This document shows, one piece after another, positions 48,132 to 57,181 of a stretch of 64,000 bases of DNA. This DNA is from an uncultured Candidatus Saccharibacteria bacterium (lineage in GTDB: Bacteria > Patescibacteriota > Minisyncoccia > Phycocordibacterales > CAIZLB01). The notes beneath the pieces are model-generated. The model did not search any database. It had not been told where the DNA came from and saw only the letters and a list, made by a program, of their open reading frames with translations. How positions within the stretch are numbered: position 1 is the first letter of the stretch; the number at the start of each line of letters is the position of its first letter. Location of the stretch: NCBI GenBank assembly GCA_964607805.1, contig CAZSLF010000002.1, positions 36,269-100,268 of the forward strand, in the 5' to 3' direction. The position numbers and the translations under genes were made by a program.

Positions 48132-48371
48132 CTACCAGAAAAACGCATTACGCCTGCCTGCACGGATCCCTGCCTCAGCAAGGAGTTCTCCGTCGACAGC
48201 CCTGTAGATAACCTCGTAGGCCTGTTCAGTCTGGTGAAAGGCGGTTGTACTTGGTGAACCACGATACTCAGCCTGATCAGCTTGAGGCTGTGTCAAGTAT
48301 GAGGATGGCTTCGAATATGGAACCGGACGGACTCGCCCAGGGTACAGACCGATACCTTGATCTTTTGACAT
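48132..48371 (-). other. 79-aa ORF inside a ~430-nt GC-rich transcription unit (promoter at 48462..48489, terminator at 48057..48082); small protein or ncRNA
   Basis: A consensus promoter and terminator bracket the unit. The ORF has no SD sequence and an ~85-nt leader. Confidence 0.3.
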
Positions 48372-48461
48372 ACTAAAAGTGCGGTAACGTTATCGCAATA
48401 CGAGTCCTGTTTTTCACGGTTGGACTGACGTGAGAGTGTACTGAGTAAATTCCCAACAAAT

Positions 48462-48489
48462 ATTATAGGACATATGCTGGTTTTGTCAA
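48462..48489 (-). promoter_or_regulatory. Consensus sigma-70 promoter TTGACA-16-TATAAT on the minus strand
   Basis: Minus-strand sequence ttgaca aaaccagcatatgtcc tataat. Confidence 0.45.
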
Positions 48490-48591
48490 ATAGTATGATA
48501 AAGACCATTACAAATGAAAAGAAAAAGCCCCCACAAGATATGAAGTCCGTGAGAACTTTTCTTGTGGAAGGCTTGGAGGCGCCGCAGTTTT

Positions 48592-49077
48592 TTAGATCAA
48601 TGTCGACATGACAGGATTCAGACATGCAGACCATCCGTGCTTCGGACGGAACCATTTTGGGAGTGGAGCATAACCACCCATGTTGATGTGTGCTCTTGCA
48701 CCGAATTGTAACGCTAAAATCACCACACTCCAAAGTATAGCCTCTTCGAATGTCACATCACCCATCATAACTTCGTTATGTTGCTTATGGAGATTTACTG
48801 ACGATTGAACAATCTTTACAGGATCACCTGCATTGCAAATCTTACTCACTTTCTCTACAAGCAAGTGATATGGATGATCCAAATTTGGATCACATTCCGT
48901 AAGGAATGCAGACACATCACTGACGTTAAACTCTTCTGGAACACTTGGCGCCATAACTGGAGCAAGGTCGGCAAAATGATCGCCCACTTGGAGTCCAAGA
49001 TCACAATTGGGACGAAACGCCACACGCCACACCTTGCCCTGACCATAATCAAAACTAATCAAAATTACTGTTTTCAT
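48592..49077 (-). CDS. Hypothetical protein (161 aa) in a GC-rich cassette
   Basis: ORF of mixed composition. A hairpin with a T-run (about 48522..48565) follows the stop. A TTGACT-16-TATAAA promoter and an ~100-nt leader with a 10-bp hairpin lie upstream. Overlapping out-of-frame ORFs were rejected. Confidence 0.5.
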   Translation of the reverse strand: MKTVILISFDYGQGKVWRVAFRPNCDLGLQVGDHFADLAPVMAPSVPEEFNVSDVSAFLTECDPNLDHPYHLLVEKVSKICNAGDPVKIVQSSVNLHKQHNEVMMGDVTFEEAILWSVVILALQFGARAHINMGGYAPLPKWFRPKHGWSACLNPVMSTLI

Positions 49078-49181
49078 GAATTTAGTCCAGTGGAAGGACA
49101 GTAATCCGCATGGTGAATACCAGCAGGTCGATTACTGTCTTTCTTCCAGACTAAAAAAACTTAAGGAGCTATTACCGACAT

Positions 49182-49209
49182 TTATACAATATAACATTAA
49201 ATCAGTCAA
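49182..49209 (-). promoter_or_regulatory. Near-consensus promoter TTGACT-16-TATAAA (minus strand); divergent partner of the plus-strand promoter 30 bp away
   Basis: Seen directly; drives 48592..49077. Confidence 0.45.
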
Positions 49210-49238
49210 TTATTCATGATTTAGTAGCTAGTTTTAGC

Positions 49239-49267
49239 TTGACAAATACCCAATATAGGTGTATAAT
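49239..49267 (+). promoter_or_regulatory. Perfect consensus sigma-70 promoter TTGACA-17-TATAAT (plus strand)
   Basis: ttgaca aatacccaatataggtg tataat, followed by an ~200-nt GC-rich leader before the ATG at 49473. Confidence 0.5.
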
Positions 49268-49472
49268 ATTACCATCTATTTAGGCACTCAACTTGAGGCT
49301 TGTTGCCTTAAGCCATACTGCCGAGATACCCAAAACAAACGCTGGAGGTATAGCTTTCAGCACTGGGAAATGACTTCCGATTGACCATCAGCTTCGCCTC
49401 CCCTGCTTGCAGGGCATCGGCTAAGCCAAGATAGTCAGCCTGAAATTATTTGGTAAAAAGCACATTGGAATT

Positions 49473-50258
49473 ATGAAAGCGAAAATGTTTTTTGAAGGTG
49501 CAGCCCTGTACCTCGGTCTGTTGGTTCTAATCTTTGCTTTGGTCGTTAGTCCAGAGCACGGTACGGAACCAAGAATCGCTGCCTTGACGATGACATTGTT
49601 CATCGCCTGGGCAATGGTCAATGCAGGTTGCCGTTTGTACGGCACTCCAGTAGCTTGGTTCGTATCTCTCATCCTTAATGGTGGCGGAATTCTTTTTCTC
49701 ACCAAGAAGGGTCTGCAATACGCTCCGAAATTTTCCTGGCTCGACGCGAAAAGTGTCAGCCTAGGAAATCATGCCGGTTACATCGTCGAGGAAGGCACTC
49801 TCACAAGTGCCATAATACTGACGATAAGCATCCTAGTGATCTGGAGCATGTCCTATGCGGTCGACCTGATCGGAAAATCCTGGGGCCTCACAAGCTCAAG
49901 AATTTCCCGTCTGGCTACTGACGTTACAATCATCACGTTGGCTTGCCTCGCAGCTAGGCCTCTAGGGATTATCAATTCGATTCCACATCTGAGCGCACAG
50001 TCTGCTTTGCAGATTGTGAGTTCGACGAAGCAATCTCCGGATTATTCCCTGCCTCCGGGTATCGGGCCAAAGGATCTTGCTGAATTTCTCCTTCCCGGAG
50101 AGCCAGCGAAAGGCAAAAAGACTGAGCCTGCAAGAACACCAATCGGCAAGGACGCGAAAATCGACTTGCTGGCAGACTGCCAGCATGAGGATAATTCGCT
50201 TCCAAAACAGGCAGCTGGCCAGGCTTGGCCTGACCCCTCACTTTTTCCCACGAAGTGA
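49473..50258 (+). CDS. Hypothetical polytopic membrane protein (261 aa) with a hydrophilic Pro/Lys-rich C-terminal tail
   Basis: About 6 TM helices. GC-rich. A terminator lies 47 nt after the stop. Confidence 0.55.
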   Translation: MKAKMFFEGAALYLGLLVLIFALVVSPEHGTEPRIAALTMTLFIAWAMVNAGCRLYGTPVAWFVSLILNGGGILFLTKKGLQYAPKFSWLDAKSVSLGNHAGYIVEEGTLTSAIILTISILVIWSMSYAVDLIGKSWGLTSSRISRLATDVTIITLACLAARPLGIINSIPHLSAQSALQIVSSTKQSPDYSLPPGIGPKDLAEFLLPGEPAKGKKTEPARTPIGKDAKIDLLADCQHEDNSLPKQAAGQAWPDPSLFPTK

Positions 50259-50304
50259 TAAAACAAAAACGATGTTAGCAATCCTCAAAAGTTACTAACA
50301 GTAA

Positions 50305-50336
50305 GCCGCGTGAGCCTTGTGCTCCGCGGTTTTTTA
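50305..50336 (+). terminator. Hairpin terminator (gccgcg…cgcgg + TTTTTTATTT)
   Basis: Seen directly, after 49473..50258. Confidence 0.55.
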
Positions 50337-50347
50337 TTTGCCATTTT

Positions 50348-51097
50348 TTACTCAAACCTAATCTCAACACCATCCCACCAACCATCGCTATCTGTATCGC
50401 GGTTATTTGGATCTGATTTTACGCAAGTTTCGCCGGCACGAAGTGCAACTTCGCATCTTTCCCTTGCATCAAATAAACCATCCTTGTCAGTATCTGTAAT
50501 TGCTAATTGCAATTCAGCATCAAGTTCATCAAGTGTCTTGTCTGCCTTTTCTCTAATCTGACCATCGCTAAGACCTGTTAAAAACTTCGGCATGCCATTT
50601 TCATCTTTTACAAACAATAGATATTTAATACCGAATAATTTTTCTGCATCAGATTCCTGAATCTCTTTATTTGTAGATAAAATAATTTGTTTCTCATCCT
50701 CCCATACATTTACATAATCTTCCTTTTTAATTTGACTTAAATACTGATTTAAATAACCGAAAACGGTGTCACACTCCTCTTTTGATTTACAAATTTCAAT
50801 ATATTGATTTCTAGATGCTAAATTCATACCAGCTAAATCCTGAGCAGCAGCTGCAGCTTTATATTTTTCAAAAGCTAGCCAAGGGTCTCTCTTAGCTTTT
50901 TGTGTTTTATTATTTTGGACAATGAAAACCCCTGCCCCACCAAGCACAATCAACGCTATAAGAATTGGAATTAAATTTTTCCGTTTGAAAATTCGACTAA
51001 AAACTGAGTCAAATTTGGAACCAAAAAAAGTTTTAACAAATGGCTTCTCTGGTGTAATTACCGGCTCTTTATATGGTGTTCTATTGTATGAATCCAT
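50348..51097 (-). CDS. Hypothetical membrane-anchored protein with C-terminal Asp-rich calcium-binding-like repeats (DTDKDG / DTDSDG, thrombospondin-type-3-like)
   Basis: N-terminal TM (LIPILIALIVLGGAGVFIV) and a C-terminal …ITDTDKDGLFD…NNRDTDSDGWWDG…. Confidence 0.5.
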   Translation of the reverse strand: MDSYNRTPYKEPVITPEKPFVKTFFGSKFDSVFSRIFKRKNLIPILIALIVLGGAGVFIVQNNKTQKAKRDPWLAFEKYKAAAAAQDLAGMNLASRNQYIEICKSKEECDTVFGYLNQYLSQIKKEDYVNVWEDEKQIILSTNKEIQESDAEKLFGIKYLLFVKDENGMPKFLTGLSDGQIREKADKTLDELDAELQLAITDTDKDGLFDARERCEVALRAGETCVKSDPNNRDTDSDGWWDGVEIRFE

Positions 51098-51133
51098 ATG
51101 AATAAATAATATATTTAATGGTAGTTACTCTTT

Positions 51134-51601
51134 TTAAACTTCCCCGACTAGAAGAAAATCAAAAGATGTAATTTCCGGATCTAAATTCATGCTTTCAATT
51201 AATTTTGCAGCATATGCAGTACGGTCAGGATCTTCGATAAATTTCATTGCTAACATCTTTTCAGACCAGGCGATACGTTCTTCATCTGACGGTAAATTTG
51301 GTTGTGCAGACAATATCATATTAAATATTTCTTCATCTGTTGAATCTTTTGTGACGGCACTAAATACATTTTCAAAATTTTCTCTTAAATTTCCTCCTTC
51401 TCCCCCCAAAAATATCATAATCTGACGATCCAATTCAGAAGCCTCGCCAGTTTTATACTCACCTAACGCACTTCCTGTCGCGCCTTCAACTGTGTGGTTT
51501 GCTCTAGCTCGCAATTTATCAAAAAGCCTCGGAAGCCCAACAATATTTTCATATTTTTCTTTAGGGCTTCTAGGTGGCTGTGTTTTGAGGTTGTTTATCA
51601 T
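51134..51601 (-). CDS. Hypothetical protein
   Basis: 155-aa soluble ORF; no motif. Confidence 0.5.
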   Translation of the reverse strand: MINNLKTQPPRSPKEKYENIVGLPRLFDKLRARANHTVEGATGSALGEYKTGEASELDRQIMIFLGGEGGNLRENFENVFSAVTKDSTDEEIFNMILSAQPNLPSDEERIAWSEKMLAMKFIEDPDRTAYAAKLIESMNLDPEITSFDFLLVGEV

Positions 51602-51666
51602 TTTTATATTGTATCATTTTTTTGAGAATGACTTGTCTGCAAAGACCACATAACAAAACAAAAAAG

Positions 51667-51697
51667 CCCCACGAAGGTCATGTGACTTTTCGTGGGG
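51667..51697 (-). terminator. Hairpin terminator (ccccacgaa…ttcgtgggg) downstream of the SDR gene
   Basis: 9-bp stem with flanking A and T runs. Confidence 0.5.
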
Positions 51698-51739
51698 TTG
51701 TTTGGTGCCAGCAATATGGCTTACCAATGTTTATAAATT

Positions 51740-52456
51740 TTAGCCAGTCAAGGCGTTTCTGACGGAGAGACCTCCGTCAACTCGAAGCTCAGCTCCGGTG
51801 ATGTATCTGGCTTTGTCAGAGGCCAAGAACACTACTGCTTCTGCAACTTCCTCCGCAGTACCTTGCCTTCCGAGGGGGATTTTTGGTCCAAGTTCTTGTG
51901 CAATCAGAATTGTCTTTGGATCGACTTTTTCAGGTTCAATCGATCCAGGTGCGACGATGTTGAATCTGATTCCAAGCGGACCATACAGAACGGACATTGC
52001 ACGCATCTCTCCAAGTTGCCAAGTCTTTGATGCATCGTATGCACGGTCTGCTCCAAAAGCAACATATGCATGAACTGAACCTATGTAAATCACGTTGCAA
52101 CCAGGTCGCCCAATCATCTTCCGAACGACACTATCGGTTACATGGCGAGTACCATCGCAATTCGTAGCCATGATTTCCTCGTAATTGTCGCCGCTTGTGA
52201 TAGCAGCATTGTTCACGAGAATATCGCATCCAATCATATCGAGCTTAGCAGCCTCGATCTCATGCCCTTTCGAAATATCTAGAAGCATGAAGATAAGGCT
52301 CGCTTTATTGCATCTTTTCTGGGTTGAAATATCTCTGTCGATGACAGTTACATGACATCCTTCCGCGTGAAATCGGGTTGCGATAGCAAATCCGATTCCG
52401 CCACCACCGCCTGTGACGACGACGTGTTTTCCAATAAGACCATTGAGAGTATCCAT
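51740..52456 (-). CDS. Short-chain dehydrogenase/reductase (SDR) family oxidoreductase, GC-rich
   Basis: VVVTGGGGGIGFAIA Rossmann motif, an NNAA-like motif (VNNAAI), and a Ser/Tyr/Lys region; 238 aa. Confidence 0.8.
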   Translation of the reverse strand: MDTLNGLIGKHVVVTGGGGGIGFAIATRFHAEGCHVTVIDRDISTQKRCNKASLIFMLLDISKGHEIEAAKLDMIGCDILVNNAAITSGDNYEEIMATNCDGTRHVTDSVVRKMIGRPGCNVIYIGSVHAYVAFGADRAYDASKTWQLGEMRAMSVLYGPLGIRFNIVAPGSIEPEKVDPKTILIAQELGPKIPLGRQGTAEEVAEAVVFLASDKARYITGAELRVDGGLSVRNALTG

Positions 52457-52577
52457 ATGAGTATAGAGTTTGGGGTGAGCTGAGTTTGGTTTTTTTCTGA
52501 AATGAGTGAGTGAAACCGCCCACAGTTTTGTGGGCGGCGCGATTTGGTGTGGCTAAGCTGTGTTATGAACGTATTCA

Positions 52578-53183
52578 CTACACCCTATCCACTTCGGCTA
52601 TTTGATTGCGGAGTTCTACATGTGCATTACCATAAAGTCTGATAATCCACTCGTCGATAGTGAAGCCGTGTGGAAGTTTGTAAACTACCACGGCGTAGCT
52701 CCCATACATCTTCGGTCCACCAATTCCGTGAGTTTTAAGCATCGGATAGAGGACATATAAATACTTTACCTTCGACCTCCGCGACCCTAAACCCTTCCAA
52801 GTCTTGCAAACCGAGGCTGTTGTATCTCCAGATCCAAAACCTTTTCCTTTCCAGAAGAAAATACCTCTGTACTTCCGAAACTGGCAGGTAGGGTCAGGTC
52901 GTGGAGAATCATAACCAACATGGGCCAAAGATTGCCCTTTATCATCTACCAGGTAAACCTGTTTAGGAGGCACGTCCTCTGACCAGTCACTCGCTGTTTC
53001 AGGATGAATAGGATGAAGTTCCAGAAGACGTGTGTCAACCCTGGATACCATCAAACTGTCGATATTGGCAGGATTAATATAATCAAGCAGCCTTGGAAAT
53101 TCCCTATTGAATGTTTCGATCTGTGCTTCTAACCTTGTCATGGTACTTTTTGTGGCGAGGCCACGGTTTGAGTTTAGCTTCAC
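52578..53183 (-). CDS. Hypothetical protein (GC-rich), probable GTG start
   Basis: 201-aa ORF. A hairpin at about 52523..52548 follows the stop. A direct repeat of agcttcacgct (x2) overlaps the start region. Confidence 0.45.
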   Translation of the reverse strand: MKLNSNRGLATKSTMTRLEAQIETFNREFPRLLDYINPANIDSLMVSRVDTRLLELHPIHPETASDWSEDVPPKQVYLVDDKGQSLAHVGYDSPRPDPTCQFRKYRGIFFWKGKGFGSGDTTASVCKTWKGLGSRRSKVKYLYVLYPMLKTHGIGGPKMYGSYAVVVYKLPHGFTIDEWIIRLYGNAHVELRNQIAEVDRV

Positions 53184-53291
53184 GCTTTACTCGGTTTTGT
53201 TCCAGCTTCACGCTGGGGAGGCTATATCACATAGCCAATCCGTGATAAATATGCAGTGATTTGTGTGGTTTGTCAATACGAGCACTTAAAT

Positions 53292-54617
53292 CTAGGAAAA
53301 TTTTCTTTTGAATTTGAGAAATGGCTTTTCTAAATACTTAAAAGACATTGATGATATTAGAATAGTAAGTAGCAGGCATATAGTTGATATGATTAGAAAA
53401 GTAGGAATAGAGATTTGTGATGACATAACTGTTTCTGTACCAACTGCGCCTCCCTCACCTGTTACATTTGAAAACCATATTTTATCTAATACAAACAGTA
53501 ATATAGTCAATGCAATCATATGATAAACATATAATCCATATGAAATTCTACCCAAATACGTTGTGGTGTTGTGTATCTTTAAACGTAATGATGAAAAACT
53601 TTGTTTTTGGTTAATTTTTCTTTCAGTTGCGAGTATTATTACCAAAGCAAACAATGTCCCAAATATCAAAGGGAGGAAAATTTCAAACATTGCAGGAATG
53701 TTAAACTCATACACATACCCACGGATGAAAGTTATGGCTAATATTATTGATACAAGGATGCTTGGTCCTGCTTTTTTTATGCGATTGAACCTTGATATAA
53801 ACTTTAGGATTTTTTCATAATATATTCCCGAAGCGGCACCTATCATGAGATATGACATGATTGTTGGTGTTAAATATCTAAGTGCATCGTAATCCCCTAA
53901 GAAATAATATCTGCTGGCTGATGAAATAATTAGCATCCCAACGATTATCCATAAAATATTCTTTCTGAACATATAAAATAATAGTGGCCATACAAGGTAA
54001 AACTGTTCTTCAACTGATATTGACCATAGAACTGCGAGCATATCATTATCGGTGCCAAACATTCCCCTAAAAATACTACCCGACATGAAGATATGATAAA
54101 AAAATTCTTTTGAATTAATGAAGATTTCATAAAATCTAAAGTTTGATACAGAAAGGATAAGCCAGCTCAATGTCAAAATTAGGATAATTGAGAAAAAATA
54201 TAGCGGCCAAATACGCAGTATTCTTCTTACATAGAAACTTTTAATTGAAATATTCCCTGTTGTACTCGCACTTTTACTCGCCCTAAGTTCATTTTTCAGT
54301 AAATAATTAATCAGAAAGCCACTCAAAACAAAAAAGAAAGCTACACCTAAGTCTCCAATCTGCGTAAAAGCTCTGAATAACCTATCAAAAGATATATTTT
54401 CAAATGGAAAGCTAATAAATACAACCATATGCGCCACAAAGACAGTCAAAAAAGCATAAAATCGATATGAATCGAGGTATGAAAAGTGGGTTTTGTGAAT
54501 TTTCTGTGTGGTTGTATGTGACATGGGTAGATTTGGATAATGAGATATATTGTATATCAAAACCCCGTACTGGTGTACGGGGTCGCTAGGATGTGTCGTG
54601 TTATACAACTTCATCAA
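53292..54617 (-). CDS. Membrane acyltransferase (acyltransferase-3 / OafA-like family)
   Basis: 441 aa with ~10 TM helices; the N-terminal FYAFLTVFVAHMV… segment is typical of acyltransferase_3 proteins. Confidence 0.7.
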   Translation of the reverse strand: MMKLYNTTHPSDPVHQYGVLIYNISHYPNLPMSHTTTQKIHKTHFSYLDSYRFYAFLTVFVAHMVVFISFPFENISFDRLFRAFTQIGDLGVAFFFVLSGFLINYLLKNELRASKSASTTGNISIKSFYVRRILRIWPLYFFSIILILTLSWLILSVSNFRFYEIFINSKEFFYHIFMSGSIFRGMFGTDNDMLAVLWSISVEEQFYLVWPLLFYMFRKNILWIIVGMLIISSASRYYFLGDYDALRYLTPTIMSYLMIGAASGIYYEKILKFISRFNRIKKAGPSILVSIILAITFIRGYVYEFNIPAMFEIFLPLIFGTLFALVIILATERKINQKQSFSSLRLKIHNTTTYLGRISYGLYVYHMIALTILLFVLDKIWFSNVTGEGGAVGTETVMSSQISIPTFLIISTICLLLTILISSMSFKYLEKPFLKFKRKFS

Positions 54618-55143
54618 CTAAACCGAAAGATTTTGCTTCATGTGCGTTCATGTACCTGTCGAGCTTGCACTCTCGCAGAATCTGAGCTTTTGTCTTCCCT
54701 GTTTTCGCAACAAGGATATCATAGAGCTGATTCTGGTCTTTCTGCATTTCGCTAATGAGTTTATCTCGTCTCCTTTTTGAAACCATGGTGTCGAGGCTAA
54801 CACTTTTGGTCGAAAGATGGTGGATTAATATTCCAGCATGAGCAGCACACTTGCGAACATCACATGCCTGGAGCACAACAGCGGCCATTGAGGCAGCCTT
54901 AGATATAACAAGACCAGTTGTCTTGCCTTGGTACAGCCTTATCAGGTCATAAATATCCAGACCAGAACCAACTGAGCCGCCACCAGAGTCGATTATAACC
55001 TCGAGGTCAGGCGAATCTCTTGATTTTAAATACGCCAAAGCCATTGCTACCTTTTCATACAAATCTCTTTCGGTGCCAGAACTGATATACAAGGTAGGAC
55101 TAGAAGCCTTAATTGCTTCTTCGAAGATTTCGCTAAATTTCAT
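54601..55143 (-). CDS. ClpP-family (S14-like) serine protease, short standalone form
   Basis: IDSGGGSVGSGLDIYDLI (compare ClpP INSPGGSVTAGLAIYDTM), a catalytic Ser in AASMAAVVL and His in ILIHH. Overlaps the acyltransferase start by 17 nt. Confidence 0.6.
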   Translation of the reverse strand: MKFSEIFEEAIKASSPTLYISSGTERDLYEKVAMALAYLKSRDSPDLEVIIDSGGGSVGSGLDIYDLIRLYQGKTTGLVISKAASMAAVVLQACDVRKCAAHAGILIHHLSTKSVSLDTMVSKRRRDKLISEMQKDQNQLYDILVAKTGKTKAQILRECKLDRYMNAHEAKSFGLVDEVV

Positions 55144-55427
55144 TATGTGAATTGGTTGAATGTGTTTGGATGGGGTTTGGTGAGAGGAACTTTCGAGAAA
55201 ACTGTAACATGAGGTTACTGTTTGTCAACAATAGATCCGTTTAAGTATAATTAGTATAAGAAATAAATACAAAATATTGACGTATAGCATATTAATAAGT
55301 ACTGTACTTCCCGTCTCTGACGCATTGTTATAGACCTTCCGCCGAAAGTTCTCGGCATCGTTCCTTGAAAGGAGCTTGAATACTATCTGACCTAAGTGCC
55401 CCTTTACCATAGGTAAATGAGGATGTT

Positions 55428-56006
55428 TTGAGTTGGATTGATATAAAGGCAAACACCATGAATAACACGAACATACAAATACTTGCACTAATCGTTGGTG
55501 CAATAACCGCACTCATATTCGCGATTATTGTACTAGACATTACGGTATTAAAACCCCGAGCGAAGGCAAGAAAAATTGCTGAGGAGGAATATGAGGCTAA
55601 ATTGCATGAACTCATTAAGCAAGCACAGGAATTCCTCCAAGGCAGACATTTTCTTGTTTACCTTCGTACACGCGAAAACAAGAAGTCTGGTTTAGAAAGT
55701 GACTTCATATCAGCATTGATCAGTCTAGGTGTTGTAGTTAAGCCTGTGCCCGAAGATGACTTGAAAAGAATTGTATCTGCAGACTTTGAGCCTCTAAAAA
55801 AAGGTAACTATGCTGTAATTGTTTACTTTTGGTTTCAAGATTGTCGATATCATTTTGACTATCGTCTGATTACAAAAAATGATGATGGTGACGGAAAGGT
55901 TCTTTTCAGTGGCTGGGCTGGCTGCAGTGATGGGCGTACAGATCAATTCTTTACCCATACTGCTCAAAAAATGGTTGCCTCTGCTATCTACGACGTTTTA
56001 AAGTAG
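55428..56006 (+). CDS. Hypothetical membrane-anchored protein
   Basis: 192-aa ORF (or from MNNTN…) with one TM and a terminator 27 nt after the stop. Confidence 0.45.
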   Translation: MSWIDIKANTMNNTNIQILALIVGAITALIFAIIVLDITVLKPRAKARKIAEEEYEAKLHELIKQAQEFLQGRHFLVYLRTRENKKSGLESDFISALISLGVVVKPVPEDDLKRIVSADFEPLKKGNYAVIVYFWFQDCRYHFDYRLITKNDDGDGKVLFSGWAGCSDGRTDQFFTHTAQKMVASAIYDVLK

Positions 56007-56032
56007 ACAAATAGTGGTTGTTTTAGTTCGTT

Positions 56033-56060
56033 CCCGCGACACATCATGTGTCGCGGGATT
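56033..56060 (+). terminator. Hairpin terminator (cccgcgac-acatcatgtg-tcgcggg + ATTTTTGTTTG)
   Basis: Seen directly. Confidence 0.55.
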
Positions 56061-56126
56061 TTTGTTTGAAAAAAAAGAAACCCGCCAACGAAGTGGAGAA
56101 TTTCTCCGTGATTCGGGCGGGTTGGT

Positions 56127-56399
56127 TCAGTCGGGTTTGAAGTATGTTGTAAACACATACAAACCATCATCTTCTTCTCTATAAGTCAGTGAATCGTCTA
56201 CTCCTACATATTTTCTAAAATCGACGAGGAAGCCGGAATTAAACTTTTTATCCAGTCTTTCCTTTTCTGCATGACTCATGGAAAAACGAAGATTTCCTCC
56301 ACGCTTTGAAAGACTTTTAAGGGCTGCGAAGATTGATTCATTTGATTCATCGAGACTAATATTTCTGGATTTACCAGATGCGAGGTCGACTACATTCAT
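56127..56399 (-). CDS. Hypothetical small protein
   Basis: 90-aa ORF followed (on the minus strand) by a long hairpin at 56078..56124 (aacccgcc…ggcgggtt). Confidence 0.4.
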   Translation of the reverse strand: MNVVDLASGKSRNISLDESNESIFAALKSLSKRGGNLRFSMSHAEKERLDKKFNSGFLVDFRKYVGVDDSLTYREEDDGLYVFTTYFKPD

Positions 56400-56572
56400 A
56401 TAATAAAGGGCTGATGGTTAGGAACAGGATGAAATCTATCATGTGGTATGTGGAAAATCAATTGGGTTTAAAGGTGTTTTCTTGCATAACCATCACGTTA
56501 CTATTGACAATCTGTAGTTATTAGTGTATTATATTCACAGTACATTGAATCTGTTTTGGGCTTGGCAGAAAG

Positions 56573-56932
56573 GTGAAAATTTTATTTTCAGCACACGCTG
56601 AAGGATTTTCCCTTTTCACACCAAGCCCATATTCAAACATGAGTACAATTCCAGAGTCCTGGGTGGCGGATTACGCCCACTGGCGTGATCTACCCTTGGA
56701 TCAAAAAGTAGTTGCAGTTGAGGAATCCATACTCGCCTGCGGCTCAGACCGGTCAGCTATTTATGCAGCCTTCAAAACTGTAACACGCTACCCCTTCGGT
56801 CACGACTTAGCCCTCGAATCATCGGGCCACGATATTTGTGTCAAAGGAGGACGAATTAATCTTCCTACAGGAAGATTGGTAGATTGGCGTATTTGGAGAT
56901 CGGAACACGTCGTGGAAATCGACGTATGGTGA
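56573..56932 (+). CDS. Hypothetical protein (GC-rich), probable GTG start
   Basis: 119-aa ORF with a strong terminator 8 nt downstream. Confidence 0.45.
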   Translation: MKILFSAHAEGFSLFTPSPYSNMSTIPESWVADYAHWRDLPLDQKVVAVEESILACGSDRSAIYAAFKTVTRYPFGHDLALESSGHDICVKGGRINLPTGRLVDWRIWRSEHVVEIDVW

Positions 56933-56939
56933 GATTTTG

Positions 56940-56993
56940 GCCTCATCACAAGAAAGCCCACACAGGCTTGCACTTGTGATGAGGCTTTTTTTT
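56940..56993 (+). terminator. Strong rho-independent terminator (13-bp stem gcctcatcacaag…cttgtgatgaggc + T8)
   Basis: Seen directly. Confidence 0.65.
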
Positions 56994-57181
56994 CATGATT
57001 TTAAATTAAATATTTATGAAAGAATGTGTTGACGCATGTTTAAACTATAATATTATTTAAATTGGTGAGGTAGAGATTTCTAGACCGCTCGTAACTGGGC
57101 GGTTTAGCATTTTAGAAAAATGAATATTGAAAGAAATCCTTACATAGCAAAACCCAGAAAAGGTAAAGATGTTTCTATGGT

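Noticed and set aside
48300-48350. Weak resemblance of gagtccgtccggttccata (minus strand) to the RNase P RNA P4 strand
   Set aside because: It lacks the invariant GGAAAGUCCGGGCUCC core and the complementary ACAGAAnCCGGCUUA strand, so this is probably coincidence.
48293-48733. 146-aa minus-strand ORF (and the 48044..48262 and 48855..49052 ORFs) in the 48–49 kb GC-rich region
   Set aside because: It overlaps the 161-aa gene and a predicted terminator in other frames. The translation is Cys/His/Ser-rich and implausible. These are typical spurious ORFs of GC-rich DNA.
49421-50281. Minus-strand ORFs 49421..49705, 49962..50186, 49972..50241 and 50042..50281 antisense to the 261-aa membrane-protein gene
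   Set aside because: They are antisense ORFs in GC-rich DNA. The plus-strand gene has a consensus promoter and a terminator.
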